From positions 60,822,001 to 60,886,000 of the forward strand of contig CM075982.1 of the NCBI GenBank assembly GCA_038087875.1: DNA of 64,000 nucleotides. The letters are read 5' to 3'. Position numbers and translations under genes: made by a program. The stretch comes from Malacoraja senta (lineage: Eukaryota). The notes below the pieces were generated by a model that saw only the letters and a list, made by a program, of their open reading frames with translations, did not search any database and had not been told where the DNA came from. Shown piece after piece: positions 1-11,229 of the stretch; within the stretch, counting starts at the first letter, position 1, and every line of letters starts with the position of its first letter.

Positions 1-463
1 ACAATCTTGTTTATGGTCTCCTGTTGGGAAAATAATATCGTTTCGTAGGAGGCTAAAGGAAAATGGAAATTGAGCCTCTATTTTAAATGAAGCCTGTTAT
101 ACTGCTGTTTTTAAAAGGACGTTTTTGTTGAGCAGCGAATGGAATTTATATTTCCAGTCATCGTCAATAATAACCTATATCTTCATCGCCCCTAACCTTT
201 TTAACTATTAATTATGTTGTATATAATTATCTTACATATATGTTGAGAGTAAAAATGCACATCCACTTATATAAGCATAATTATAATTCAAATTATCAAA
301 CACAGACAGATTCAATAGAATGTCAATACAAAGTTAAATATTGAACCAGAGTTTGCTGCCAGCATGAGATGCCTGAGGGCACCAATGATTTATGGTGAAA
401 GATCACTTCTCAGTCACCACCTGAAAATGGGCAAGAGAATGAAATGGTGAACGTAAATATATA

Positions 464-662
464 CAGGTGCTCCCCGATTTACGATGCTTCGACTTGCGAT
501 ATTTCGACTTTACGATCGGCAAACGCTCGGCAACGGCAGCGAGCCGCACGTCACTTCCGGTCACGTGATCGCAATGCATTAAATGCGTTTTCGACTTGCG
601 ATATTTTCGGTTTACGATGGGTTTATTGGAACGTAACCCCATCGTAGGTCGAGGAGCAGCTG
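464..662 (-). mobile_element. Tc1/mariner (Tigger/pogo) MITE, Tigger5/MER47-like
   Basis: 23-bp imperfect TIRs (CAGGTGCTCCCCGATTTACGATG vs revcomp end CAGCTGCTCCTCGACCTACGATG); TA on the left, CA on the right; CpG-rich subterminal repeats (TTCGACTTGCGATAT); no coding capacity. Confidence 0.8.
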
Positions 663-906
663 CATGTGGATCACAATCATTGCAGAAACCTAACAATCTA
701 ACATTGTGCAGCACACTCACTTATATGAACTCACTTAAGGACAGCCACAAATCTTTACCTCGGTTTAGTATTTCCCAGCTATGGAACCCTTTTGACTTCA
801 TCAGAGGTGGATGCTGGCTGCTCTGATTCCTGCTCTAATGCTGAAATACACTCGACTGATATATTCCGCGTTTTGCTGCTCGTGAGGTCCATCTCTGGAT
901 TTATGG

Positions 907-1210
907 TCATAAGGTCATAAGGAATAGGAGTAGAATTAGGCTATTCGACCCTTCAATCATGGCTAATCTGCCATTCAATCATGGCTAATCTATCTCTCCC
1001 TCCTAATGATCTCTCCATCCCTCTTAAAGATAGAGGAGTCAGGGGATATGGGGAGAAGGCAGGAACGGGGTACTGATTGGGGATGATCAGCCATGATCAC
1101 ATTGAATGGCGGTGCTGGCTCGAAGGGCCGAATGGCCTACTCCTGCACCTATTGCCTATTGTCTAACCCCATTCTCCTGCCTTCTCCCCATAACCTCTGA
1201 CACCTGTATC
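907..1210. mobile_element. Two nested CR1-type LINE 3' ends (+ copy ~1021-1164 inside a - copy)
   Basis: + tail GGGCCGAATGGCCTACTCCTGCACCTATTG matches 47886-48118; flanks match the - strand tail at 25037-25180 and resume at CTAACCCCATTCTCC. Confidence 0.8.
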
Positions 1211-1480
1211 CACAGAGACCAAAACTATTTGGTCTGCATCCACTGTTTGGCACCTTGAGTCTGTTCTATGAGTTAATGAAACTATGACTGAATGTGTCCA
1301 AATTTCATGTGCCTCCCTTTGACCCATGTCCTGTCAGAACTTTCGATAACAAAAATCTATGTATGAACTTATGCTGTGCTTTCTTAAAATTACTCCTAAA
1401 AAGTCTGGTTCATGTTTTTGGACAATACCTCCAGTCCAGAACAAACAAGTGGAAATGGTCAAGATCTGATGAACAGTTAT

Positions 1481-1560
1481 GGACCCAAAACATTGACTGG
1501 TTTTCTTTGCAGAGGAGCTGCCTGATCTGCTGAGCATTTACAGCTTTTTATGTTTTTATT
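1481..1560 (+). mobile_element. Old PLE terminal-repeat fragment
   Basis: GACCCAAAACATTGAC...GCTGCCTGATCTGCTGAGCATTTACAGC resembles the family motif. Confidence 0.55.
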
Positions 1561-1880
1561 GAACAACAAATGGTTTCTCTTTACTTTTATCATTTCCTCC
1601 TAATAACTCCGAAGATGGTAATGACATCATCCATACTCCTCTAAATTATAACTGTGGTTGGTATAATCTGCCCTTGTAATTTACTGGTAATTTAACTCTT
1701 ACACTCCAGGTATCATTCCAGTAAATGTATCCAACCTTCCCTCCAAAGCAGTTATACCTTTCCTAAGGGTTAATGAGCAAGAACAGGGCATGTGTGTACA
1801 TGAATGCAGACAGACCCATGCACTCACATTCACTACTCCTGTCCCCTTGTTTAGGCCAGCATTACCTGAGCCTAGACACA

Positions 1881-1999
1881 AGGAACTGCAGATGTAGATT
1901 TATCAAAAAAGAGACAAATGTACTGGAGGAACTCAGCAGGTCAGGTAGCATTTTTGCATAATATAGATCAGACGTTTAGATCCGTGACCCTTCTTCAGA
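1881..1999 (-). mobile_element. PLE terminal-repeat fragment (diverged)
   Basis: AGGAACTGCAGATG...AACTCAGCAGGTCAGG...ACCCTTCTTCAGA, same family as 39264-39360. Confidence 0.7.
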
Positions 2000-2195
2000 A
2001 CCTTCCCTGGTCTGTTTGGTTCTGATTATCATGATATCCGTGCAATCCGTGAAACTTAATGACTCTATCTACAGTTTTCAATTCTACCTAATTTGTGACA
2101 TTCAAATTTAAAAGTAAGGCTTTTGATCCGTACTTCTAAACATGGTGAATAATTGAGGCATTAACATGTCTTTGTTGAATGCCACTAGTTACATA

Positions 2196-2512
2196 GGGTG
2201 GCACAAGACGCAGCGGTAGAGCTATTGCCTACAGTGCCAGAGACCTGGGTTCAATCCTGACTATGGGTGTTCTCTGTCTGGAGTTTGTACGTCCTCCCTG
2301 TGACCATGTGTGTTTCCTTCAGGTGCTCCAGTTTCCTTCCACATTCCAAAGACGTGCAGATTAATACGTTAACTGGCTTCTGTAAATTGCCCATGGTATG
2401 TAGGATAGTAAACGGGGATAACATGCAACTAGTGTACGGATGATCATTGGTCGGCGCGGACTCGGTGGGCCAAAGGACTCTTTTCCATGCTGCATCTCTA
2501 AACTAAACTAAA
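2196..2512 (+). mobile_element. HE1-type tRNA-derived V-SINE, full length
   Basis: tRNA-like head with B box GGTTCAATCC, central CTCCAGTTTCCTTCCACATTCCAAAGAC, CR1-like tail ending (CTAAA)n. Confidence 0.9.
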
Positions 2513-2849
2513 TCATTGATTTACTTGGCAATGATTACCTGCCAATTATCTCTGTTTTGTGCCCTGCTGCTCTTTCAAATTCCTAACCGTAAATAATCTG
2601 ACTTTAATTGCATGGTTCTCAGCCTTAACTTGAAAGTTGTTTTATGATGGTCTTTATCGAATGTCTCTTCAAAAAAATGTCTGTCAAAAAACTATTCTTC
2701 CTGGGGTTGATGCAAAAATGAGGAATGAAGATTGAATCGAACATAGAGCAAGAGAGATGGCATCAGCTGTGATTGAGATGAGAGAAAGAACATGCTGCAT
2801 AAGATGGCCAGTCATGAGAATGGCCAGAGTTGCATGTTGGAATTTAGTT

Positions 2850-3152
2850 GGGCAACACGGTGATGCAGCAGTCGATTTGCTGCCTCACAGCGCCAGAGAC
2901 CCCGGATTTGATTCTGACTACGGGTTCTATCTGTACAGAGTTTGTACGTTCTACCCGTGAACTGCACGGGTTTTCTCCAGGATCTCCATTTACCTCCCAC
3001 ACTCCAAAGGTGTCCAGGTTTGTAGGCTAATTGGCTTTGGTATAATTGTAAATTGTCTCTAGCATGTAGGATAATGTTAATGTACGGGGATCATTGGTCA
3101 GTGGACGGTGAGCCGAAGGGCCTGTTTTCGTGCTGCATCTCTAACCAAACTA
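2850..3152 (+). mobile_element. HE1-type V-SINE
   Basis: Colinear with 2196-2512, more diverged. Confidence 0.85.
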
Positions 3153-3154
3153 GT

Positions 3155-3400
3155 GTTTTTGGAGAGAATAGAGGGCAGTTCAGTGTAGAGAGTTGAAGTG
3201 AAGGTTGAAATCACTAATGATGAGAAATTGTTCATTATAGATGATAAAGAAAGAAAACAGTTCAAAAAGCATTTTAATAGGCTTGGGTAGCAAAGAGAAA
3301 TCAAGCAATTTAATGGTGGTGGGTGTATGAGTGAATATTTTCAGGAAGTGGATCAAGGTGTGTTTCGGTAGAGTCATGACATCGATGCAGTGTTTGGAAC
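3155..3400 (-). pseudogene. Decayed LINE (L2/CR1 group) AP-endonuclease remnant
   Basis: ORF 3180-3377 ends FLIISDFNLHFNS, resembling the APE motif xGDFNxH. Confidence 0.4.
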
Positions 3401-4099
3401 AAGTCTTTATATTGAAGGTTTAGCAAATCCAGGGATTTGCAGGGATATTAGTAAAGGAATCAAGAATATTAAGGTCATGTTCACAAGTGAACAGATGTTT
3501 CAGAGACAGGCGTGGAGACAGGCAGTGATTATTGATCAAGTTACAAGACCCTACAATGTCAAGTTTAGATTCTCTCCACCCCCAAATCTTTATGACCTGG
3601 TGTGATGTCAACAAGATCATTAAGGAATGGAGTAGTTGAGATAAGGGTGCAACACTCAAATACCTCAATTACAAAGCAGCTCTGGCAAACTTAACCAGGA
3701 GGGAGTAAATCCAGAGTTGGTGTCGGGAAATGTACAAAGTTAGAGGAATAGTTAAGGATTATGGATGGATGGGTGGGTGGGAAGACTGGCAGTCAAAGAA
3801 GCCAAGTACAAGTAATGACAGGAAGCAAAGTATTCAGGAATGGGTGAGGATGGTTTAGAGAAAGGAAAATATAGATACAGCAATAGGCTTGAAAACTGAG
3901 GGTGTCGTCAAAATCCAAGTGGACATAGAAAAAAATGCCAGAGTTCAAGGGTTTTTCCAGTACATTGGAAAATATGATAAATATGGTGTAATATTAAATG
4001 GGGAAATAGAGGAGACAATAAAGGGATCCAAAATCAAATGTTGAAGGTCTGGATGAAGTTGGGATCTCAAGATGGGATGAAGTTGACACCTCGGGAAGG

Positions 4100-4400
4100 T
4101 GCAAACAGCTTGGATCAAAGGAAATCTTGTTCAGGCAAGTAAATTTCCGAGCAGTCTGAGAACAGACACTGTGGGTATCGTGTTGCATATTGTCTCATGT
4201 AAAGTGGATAACTTAGGGACAGCAGTGATCAACTTAGGCAGCAGAAACTTGTCTACCAATAGAAATGTAACAGTCACAACTATAAAGCTCAAAATTACAA
4301 TACAGCAGTGAATTTAGATGCACTTCAGGGTGGGAACCAGCAGAAACCGATCTGAGCAAGCTCAGTGTAGCGTAGAATACTGATAAGTCAGCAGCAAATC
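4100..4400 (-). pseudogene. Possible decayed PLE reverse-transcriptase remnant
   Basis: DCYISIGRQVS followed by SQTARKFTCLNKI resemble PLE RT motifs (DxY..A.RQLSD; PRTARFYLLPKIHK) in the expected order. Confidence 0.35.
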
Positions 4401-4903
4401 GCATTCTTGAAATCAAAACAACCCTGAAATGGCTGCAAAAGAAATGGAAAATTTACACCAGGTTATGAATTAGAAGTGGGACCTCCAGACTGCATGGTAT
4501 AGTATTACATGAGGAAGTGCCTTTATTAGCCAGATAAGTTAAAAGTTATCCATGTAGGTTCAAATAATTGTAAAAGACATATTACATCTTATAAAAATTT
4601 AAAATTAAAGTGGAAAAAAGGAAAGTAAATGAACTACATTCTCTTTCACTCAATGAAAATTATCCTGTTCAAATGGATGCGGTTGCAGTGTTTCCTGCCA
4701 GGCGTGGCAGGCAGAAAGCCAAGGGGCAGGGTGTGAAGTGCATCTGGCCTCTCAAATCTGTTTTTCCAGCTGTGCTCCCCATTCTATGTTACAATGTACA
4801 GGCATGGAAGTCAGATGTAATTGGAACAGTGAGCACACATTTCGACCAGTATGGAACTTGCATAGGTGAGCACAATCCAAAGCTTCCAAGAACTTGTTTT
4901 GTT

Positions 4904-5154
4904 TTTAGTTTAGTTTAGAGATACAGCGCGGTAACAAGCTCGGTCCACCGAGTCCGCGCAGACAAGCTATCCCTGCAGATTGACACTATCGGCACTATTA
5001 ACACTGACAGATTGACACTATCCTTCACACACTAGGGACAATTTACATTTACACCAAGCCAATTAACCGGCAAACCTATATGTCTTTGGAGTGTGGGAGG
5101 AAACAGAAGATCTCGGCGAAAACCCACGTAGGTCAGGGGGAGAACATACAAACT
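4904..5154 (-). mobile_element. HE1-type V-SINE, 5'-truncated
   Basis: (TTTAG)n tail and body; internal duplication CAGATTGACACTATC; tRNA head missing. Confidence 0.85.
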
Positions 5155-5603
5155 AAGTATGTATCTCCCACTGCATTAAAGAATATATCAGCAAGACTTA
5201 GAATTTTTCCTCATGTATAAAAAGACTGATCTTTAAACCAGAACAAATGTGGGAATTTAGCAAGAGAGTATTTACATTTAGCTCTGCCAATTTCACATAT
5301 AGGATTAGAGTTAACTAGGAGGGCAGTGAGGTTGGTAAATTTATTTTTGATGTACTAATAAATGGGAATGGGAATTTATGAAACATTATCACAGATGAAG
5401 GATTAGACGACTAACATGATAGTTGTCAATTAAGCATTAAACATATTGGAATGTCTCCCATGGAGTGATCAGAAGTTCCTAACCGGTATTTAGAACTTGG
5501 AATGTCAATGACTTTTGAGAAATTCTTAAAACATAAAATAAATGTTGTAAGTATTAGTTTTAACATATTATATGTTTATATATATATTGCAGGTTTTATA
5601 AGT

Positions 5604-6011
5604 GTGTAGAGCAACATAGAAAATAGGTGCAGTAGGCTATTCGGCCCTTCAAGTCAGCGCCGTCATTCAATATGATCATGGTTGATCACCCTAAATCAGT
5701 ACCTCGTTCCTGCTTTCTCCCTATATCCCTTGATTCCGTTAGTCCTAAGAGCTATATTTAACTGGAAGGAACTGCAGATGCTGGTTGGTTTACACTGAAG
5801 ATAGACACAAAATGCTGGAGTAACTCAGCGGGACAGGCAGCATCTCTGGATAGAAGGAATGGGTGACGTTACAGGTCAAGACCCTACTTCAGGTAGCCTC
5901 GCCAAGGAATCCGTCCTGAAGAAGGATCTTGACCCGAAATATCACCCATTCCTTCTACCCAGAGAGACTGCCTGTCCCGCTGAGTTACTCCAGCATTTCG
6001 TGTTTATCTAT
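5604..6011. mobile_element. Palindromic PLE-derived insertion with a CR1 3' end (~5613-5762, -) nested near its left terminus
   Basis: Inverted arms ~5764-5892 and ~5916-6009; degenerate TSD AGGTTTTATAAGT (5591-5603) / AGGTTTTGTAAAT (6012-6024); terminus GTGTAG|GAAGGAACTGCAG split by the CR1 tail. Confidence 0.8.
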
Positions 6012-6511
6012 AGGTTTTGTAAATTTATAATTGGAATAATTGTAGAACAAAATTTTTGATTATTTAATATCCACAACTTGTGTAGTTGAGTCAAGGAATC
6101 ACCAAATGAGAATAATGCATTACATTTGTTAAGCTGCTCTGTATGAACATTGCTTTGCGATAGGAATTATATAGCTTATGTACCAATTAATAGGAAGAAA
6201 GAGTACTATGTGTGCTGGTGCAGACTTTACCTATCACAAAGAATAATTAGATCAATTAGAACATATTAACTCACTTACTTTGAACATATAGTGATTAAAA
6301 TTATTCAAGTTATTAATTGACAAGTTTCGTAGATAATACATGCAAGAAGGGGAAAAAAGAAAAAATCACAAGAAATGTAATTGGTTCTTTCAGTAGTATA
6401 TCGGGTGATTTGAGAAAGTATATTCTGGTATTAGATTAATGTAGTTTAAATACTGGCAAAATATAGCTTTCTTAGTGTGTGTACTCCAACATAACTTGAG
6501 TATGTTGACCC

Positions 6512-6632
6512 GTCTGAAGAAGGGTCTCGACCCGAAACATCACCCATTCCTTCTCGCCTGTCCCGCTGAGTTACTCCAACATTTTGTGTCTATCTTCAGT
6601 TTAAACCAGCATCTGCAGTTCCTTCCTACACA
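6512..6632 (+). mobile_element. PLE terminal repeat with hammerhead-like motif
   Basis: CTGAAGAAGGGTCTCGACCCGAAACATC at 6514; family 3' end GTTCCTTCCTACAC. Confidence 0.85.
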
Positions 6633-6676
6633 GTGAGTGGTGTAATTTCCCTCTTATCAACCAGTATTTCTATTTA

Positions 6677-6973
6677 GTGGTGGCACAGTGACGCAGCAGT
6701 ACAGTTGTTACCTCACAGCGCCAGAGACCTGGGTTCAATCCCGACTACAGGTGCTGTCTATATGGAGTTTGTACGTTCTCCATCTGACTGCGTGGGTTTT
6801 CTCCGGATGCTCCAGTTTCCTCCCACATTCCAAGGTGTGCAGGTTTGTAGGTTGATGGGCTTATGTAAACATTGTCCCGAGTGTGCAGGATCGAACTAGT
6901 GTACGGGTGGTTGCTGGTCTGCGCAGACTCGGTGATCCGAAGGCCCTGTTTCTACTCTGTATCTCTAAACTAA
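6677..6973 (+). mobile_element. HE1-type V-SINE
   Basis: Head, central domain and CTAAACTAA tail. Confidence 0.9.
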
Positions 6974-7754
6974 GCCAAAGATCTGGCAAAGTATATTAAA
7001 TTAATATTTAGTGGGATGCCTTACAAAGGGAAACATGGGTGAGGTCAATAACACAGCCTAGTTCACATTGCAACCACCATGAAAGCATCCCTTTGGCTAA
7101 GAATGAATTGATCTCGCTCCTTCCTAGTATATTAGCCAGCGTGATAGGAGACTGTTTAATATTATTTGAAAGACAGAGGAAGCCAAATTTAAACTATCTG
7201 CTTCAAATCTCTGTTATTGGATAGATTCTTAGTAGTTGTCAGATGGAGGATTATCTCTGCACACTGGTCCCTATTTCATTGACATTATGTTAAACATTGA
7301 TATAGTATTCTTTGCCAAATCTTCCATTAGACTTCAGTAAACATACTGGGTCCTGAGCAACTTGGTAGGTATTATTTTGGCATGTTATATCAGAGGGTAG
7401 GGAAATGTAGGTTCATTGCTAAAACTTGTTTTCCCTCAAATCTTTTCACTCTTGGTGACAAATAATAAAACCAAAGTTTGCCATGAGAGTTGACGTTGTT
7501 TACTTTCAACACATCGACACAAGAGTAGTTTGTAGATTCCACCCTTTGTGCCTCCTTTCATCTGCCAGGAAACATAATCAACCATGGTTTAAAATAAAAT
7601 CCGTCTCTGACAAAGAAAGATAGGGTTTGGGGTCATTCATATATTTTGATAATTTATCTAACTCCTGAGAGGGAAATCAGTACCCCCTCTCCCTTCCATT
7701 GCAACTGGAAGTAACCAAGTCCAGACTCATACCAAAAGTCTGCATCTGGTGGAA

Positions 7755-7935
7755 AACTGAAATAACAGCAGAAAATGCTGAAGGTATTCAGCAGGTATGA
7801 GAGGAAACTGGGTAATATTTCAGTTCAATTGCATTTATTCAAATAATCGACCTGAAACATTAACTTGTTTCTTCCTTCGCAGGTGTTGCCTGATCTGGTG
7901 AATATTTCAAACTTTTACTGTTTTTAACTCCAGAC
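7755..7935. mobile_element. Old-subfamily palindromic PLE remnant
   Basis: CAGAAAATGCTG..TTCAGCAGG arm and inverted GACCTGAAACATTAAC...TGCCTGATCTG arm. Confidence 0.55.
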
Positions 7936-8499
7936 CAGGCTGGGTTCCTGTTTCAAATTCCTACCCTTTCATCCTGTGTCTTGTTTAATTAATCCCCATT
8001 ATTTCCTCAGGTATAAGGCGTCATTTTGAACTACGTATAGAGAGTTAGAAATTAGATTCCAAGAGTGAAATGCCTTGAAGTTCTTGGATTGTGAATGCCT
8101 ATGTGTCTAACATTGCTTATTTCTCAATGAATCCATCAATGAAGAATAACCTTACCAGTTAAAGTTACGAGAGATGATGAGCAAACTATCCGTAATTGGT
8201 TATCATACCTTGTAGATTCCAAATAACAAATCAACATTATTTCATCAAACTTGCACTAGGCAGAATGCCTTGGAATTCTTTCCAGTAGTAAGAAAACAGC
8301 CCAGGGGAGATTTTCATTGTACAGTAAAACATGTTAATCTAGCATGTTCCGGGATGATCCTGGCAACATTGTGATGCCAGACCAGCACATAGAAATGTTA
8401 TTCCTATTCCTACCCAATATATATTCTGACATATATATTACACAAGTACTATATATATATATTGCAGTAGGACTATAATTTTTTTAATGAACCCCATAA

Positions 8500-8630
8500 G
8501 AAATATGGATGTGGGCCCATTTAGAGGAATGTTGGCGAAACAGGCAAATGAGACTACCTCAAGTATGCAACGTCGTCAGTATTGACGCGTTGGGCCGAAG
8601 GGCCTGTGACCATGTTGTATAACTTAATCG
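8500..8630 (+). mobile_element. Old CR1 3' tail
   Basis: TTTAGAGGAATG...TTGGGCCGAAGGGCCTGT. Confidence 0.65.
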
Positions 8631-8655
8631 CTCTTTATGTTTCAAGGAGATAGGA

Positions 8656-8803
8656 TCCCAGTGAGTTTCAAAGGAGCAGGGAAATTGAGGTCCCGATGAG
8701 TTTCAAAGGAATGATAAACCTGAGCCCAGGTGAGTTTAAAGTGAGTTCTGCATTTAGGCTCCCAGTGGGTTTACAGGGAGCACGTCAAACTTAACCCAGT
8801 AAG
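8656..8803 (+). repeat. Degenerate ~35-bp tandem array, 5 units
   Basis: TCCCAGTGAGTTTCAAAGGA-like cores at 8656, 8691, 8724, 8760, 8794, with variable intervening sequence. Confidence 0.6.
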
Positions 8804-9218
8804 TCAGATGTGAAGCTATCGGGATCTCTGAATAATTGCATAGCAGATTATCGAAGCTTTACTATATATGTTTGGACAAGTCAGCAATACCAATTGACCT
8901 CAAAGGTGGTAGCCACGTTCTAACAATTGTTTACTTTAAAAGGTCTTATGATTCAGCTAGGTGTACGTGGAATAGAGTCACGTACAGGTCAGGTTCACCA
9001 AGTCTCTTCCCCCCAAAATAATTGATTTAGACCTCAGGTCAGCTAAGCACCTTTCATCATTTCCTCCTTGCCCACAACCAATAAGTTTGACTTCTATATC
9101 CAAAATCCAAAACTAATTAACCAGAAACACAAGGCACCATAACTCTGGGGAAAAGGAACAGCTCAACGGGTGCATGAAGGTTGAGGTGCATCAGAAAACA
9201 CATAACGTAAAGAATAAA

Positions 9219-9818
9219 AGTATAAGATCATGAGAGGAAACGATTGGGAAGATGCACACTTGTTTAAGAAAGAACTGCAGATGCTGGAAAAATCGAAGGT
9301 AAACAAAAATGCTGGAGAAACTCAGCGGGTGAGGCAGCATCAATGGAACGAAGGAATAGGTGACGTTTCAGGTCGAGACCCTTCTTCAGACTGATGTGGG
9401 GATGAGGGGGGGGAAAGAAGATGTGGGGGTGGTGGGGGTGGGGGGTTCTTCCCGCACCCCACCCCCACATCAGTCTGAAGAAGGGAAGATGCTCAGTGTC
9501 TCTTGCCCAGAGCATGGGGAATCATGGACCAGGGGGACATAGGTTTAAGGTGAAGGGAAAAAGATTTAACAGGAATCTGAGGGGTGACCTTTTCATACAA
9601 AGGGTGGTGGGTGTATGGAAGTAGCTGCCAAAAGAGGTAGTTGAGGCAGGGACTTTCGCAACATTCAAGAAACTGTTAGACAGGTAACATGGATAGGACA
9701 GGTTTAGAGGGATATGGAGCAAACACAGGCAGGTGGGACCAGTGTAGCTGGGACATGTTGGCTGGTGTGGGCAAGTTGGCCCGAAAGGCCTGTTTCCACG
9801 CTGTATCACTCTATGACT
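9219..9818 (+). mobile_element. CR1 LINE 3' fragment interrupted by a PLE insertion
   Basis: CR1 C-terminal peptide GHRFKVKGKRFNRNLRG..F.QRVVGVW; tail GCTGTATCACTCTATGACT. Confidence 0.9.
9263..9484 (-). mobile_element. PLE terminal repeat with intact hammerhead core and short inverted arm
   Basis: - strand CTGAAGAAGGGTCTCGACCTGAAACGTC (9362-9389); inverted arm CCCCACATCAGTCTGAAGAAGGG; GGGAAGATGC duplicated on both sides. Confidence 0.85.
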
Positions 9819-10312
9819 AATAGACGATGGGTGGAAATACCTCAGAAGGTCCATCAACCGGCCGATAGACACGGCAGGCATGGACATTTTAGCGCTGTCA
9901 AGACTATGTGAAATCTAAGGGCCCTCCTTGCGTGAACCCAGAGCAGAGGTAATCTTATCAAGGAAAGAGAGGCAGCACGTAATAGAAGGAAGAGTTAAAA
10001 GAACATCTCTCAATCATGAATCTGTCATTGACTCCATCCTACAGCAATCTATCATTTCACACTAATAACGTCAGAAATGTTGTATGTTATCTGAGAACTG
10101 CAAGAACCAGACAGTTTCCCTGCTGATGTTTCAATACTTGAGAAAGAAAAATTCGGATACAAATTCACAACTTCCTCTCCCATGTTGGGGACGAGAAACA
10201 CGTGGCAGAAGCCCTCAGGGCCACCCTAATTATGTTCATCTTCATTGAACTACAGAGAGGTCTGCCTGCTGTCAGCCAGAGGATAGTTTTTTTCTGTTAG
10301 CATGCAACTCAA

Positions 10313-11066
10313 GAATAGAAGTTGGGGGGCTCATGTTGCAGTTATACACGACGTTGTTGAGGCTGCATTTAGAGTATTGCATTCAGTTTGGGACACCACG
10401 TTGTAGGAAAGATGTTCTCAAGCTAGAAAGGGTGCAGAGGAGATTTAGGAGGATGTTGCCAGGTCTCGAGGGCCTGAGCTACAGGGAGAGGTTGAGCAAG
10501 CTAGGACTCTATTTCTTAGAACGCGGGAAGATGAGGGGAGATCTGATGGAAGTGTACAAAATTGTGAGAGAAATAGATGGGTAAACACGCAGCGTCTCTT
10601 GCCCAGAGTAGGGGAATGTAGAACCAGAGGACTTGGGTTTAAGGTGAGGGGGGGAAAGATTTAATAGGAATCTGAGGGGTAACGTTTTTACACTAAGGGT
10701 GGTGGGTGCATGGAATAAGCAGCCGGAGTTAGTTGAGGCAAGTACTGTTGCAACATTTAAGAGACATTTAGACAGGTACATGAATAGGATAGGTTTAGAG
10801 GGTAGACAAAAATGCTGGAGAAACTCAGCGGGTGAGGCAGCATCTATGGAACAAAGGAAATAGGCAACATTTTGGGTCGAAACCCTTCTTCTGAAAGGCA
10901 TTTTTGTCTACCTTCGATTTTCCAGCATCTGCAGTTCCTTCCTAAACATTAGGTTTAGAGGGTTATGGGCAAAATGCAGGCAGGTGGGACAAGTGTAGAT
11001 GGGATATGTTGCTCGGTGTGGGCAAGTTGGGCTGATGGGCCTGTTTCCATGCTGTATGACTCTAAC
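10313..11066 (+). mobile_element. CR1 LINE 3' fragment (ORF2 C-terminus), interrupted
   Basis: ORF 10333-10584 LY.TL.R.HLEYC.QF...LERVQRRF.RMLPGLEGLSY.ERL is typical CR1 ORF2. Confidence 0.92.
10804..10949. mobile_element. Inverted PLE-derived insertion
   Basis: Exact 14-bp TSD TAGGTTTAGAGGGT at 10790-10803 and 10950-10963. Confidence 0.88.
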
Positions 11067-11229
11067 TGTTCCTCCCAGTGGTCAAAGAGTTGCTCTGAAC
11101 TGAAGTTGGCAATAGGTGGTGACTTAAGGCAGATTATAAATGAGGCACAATGGACGTAACCTTCACCAAGCATCAATTCCAAGAGAAAGCCAGGGAGCAA
11201 TCTCAAACACTAACGTCTTTGACTCTGAT

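Noticed and set aside
8656-8803. CRISPR array
   Set aside because: Repeats are degenerate, linkers are only ~15 bp, no cas genes, eukaryotic context.
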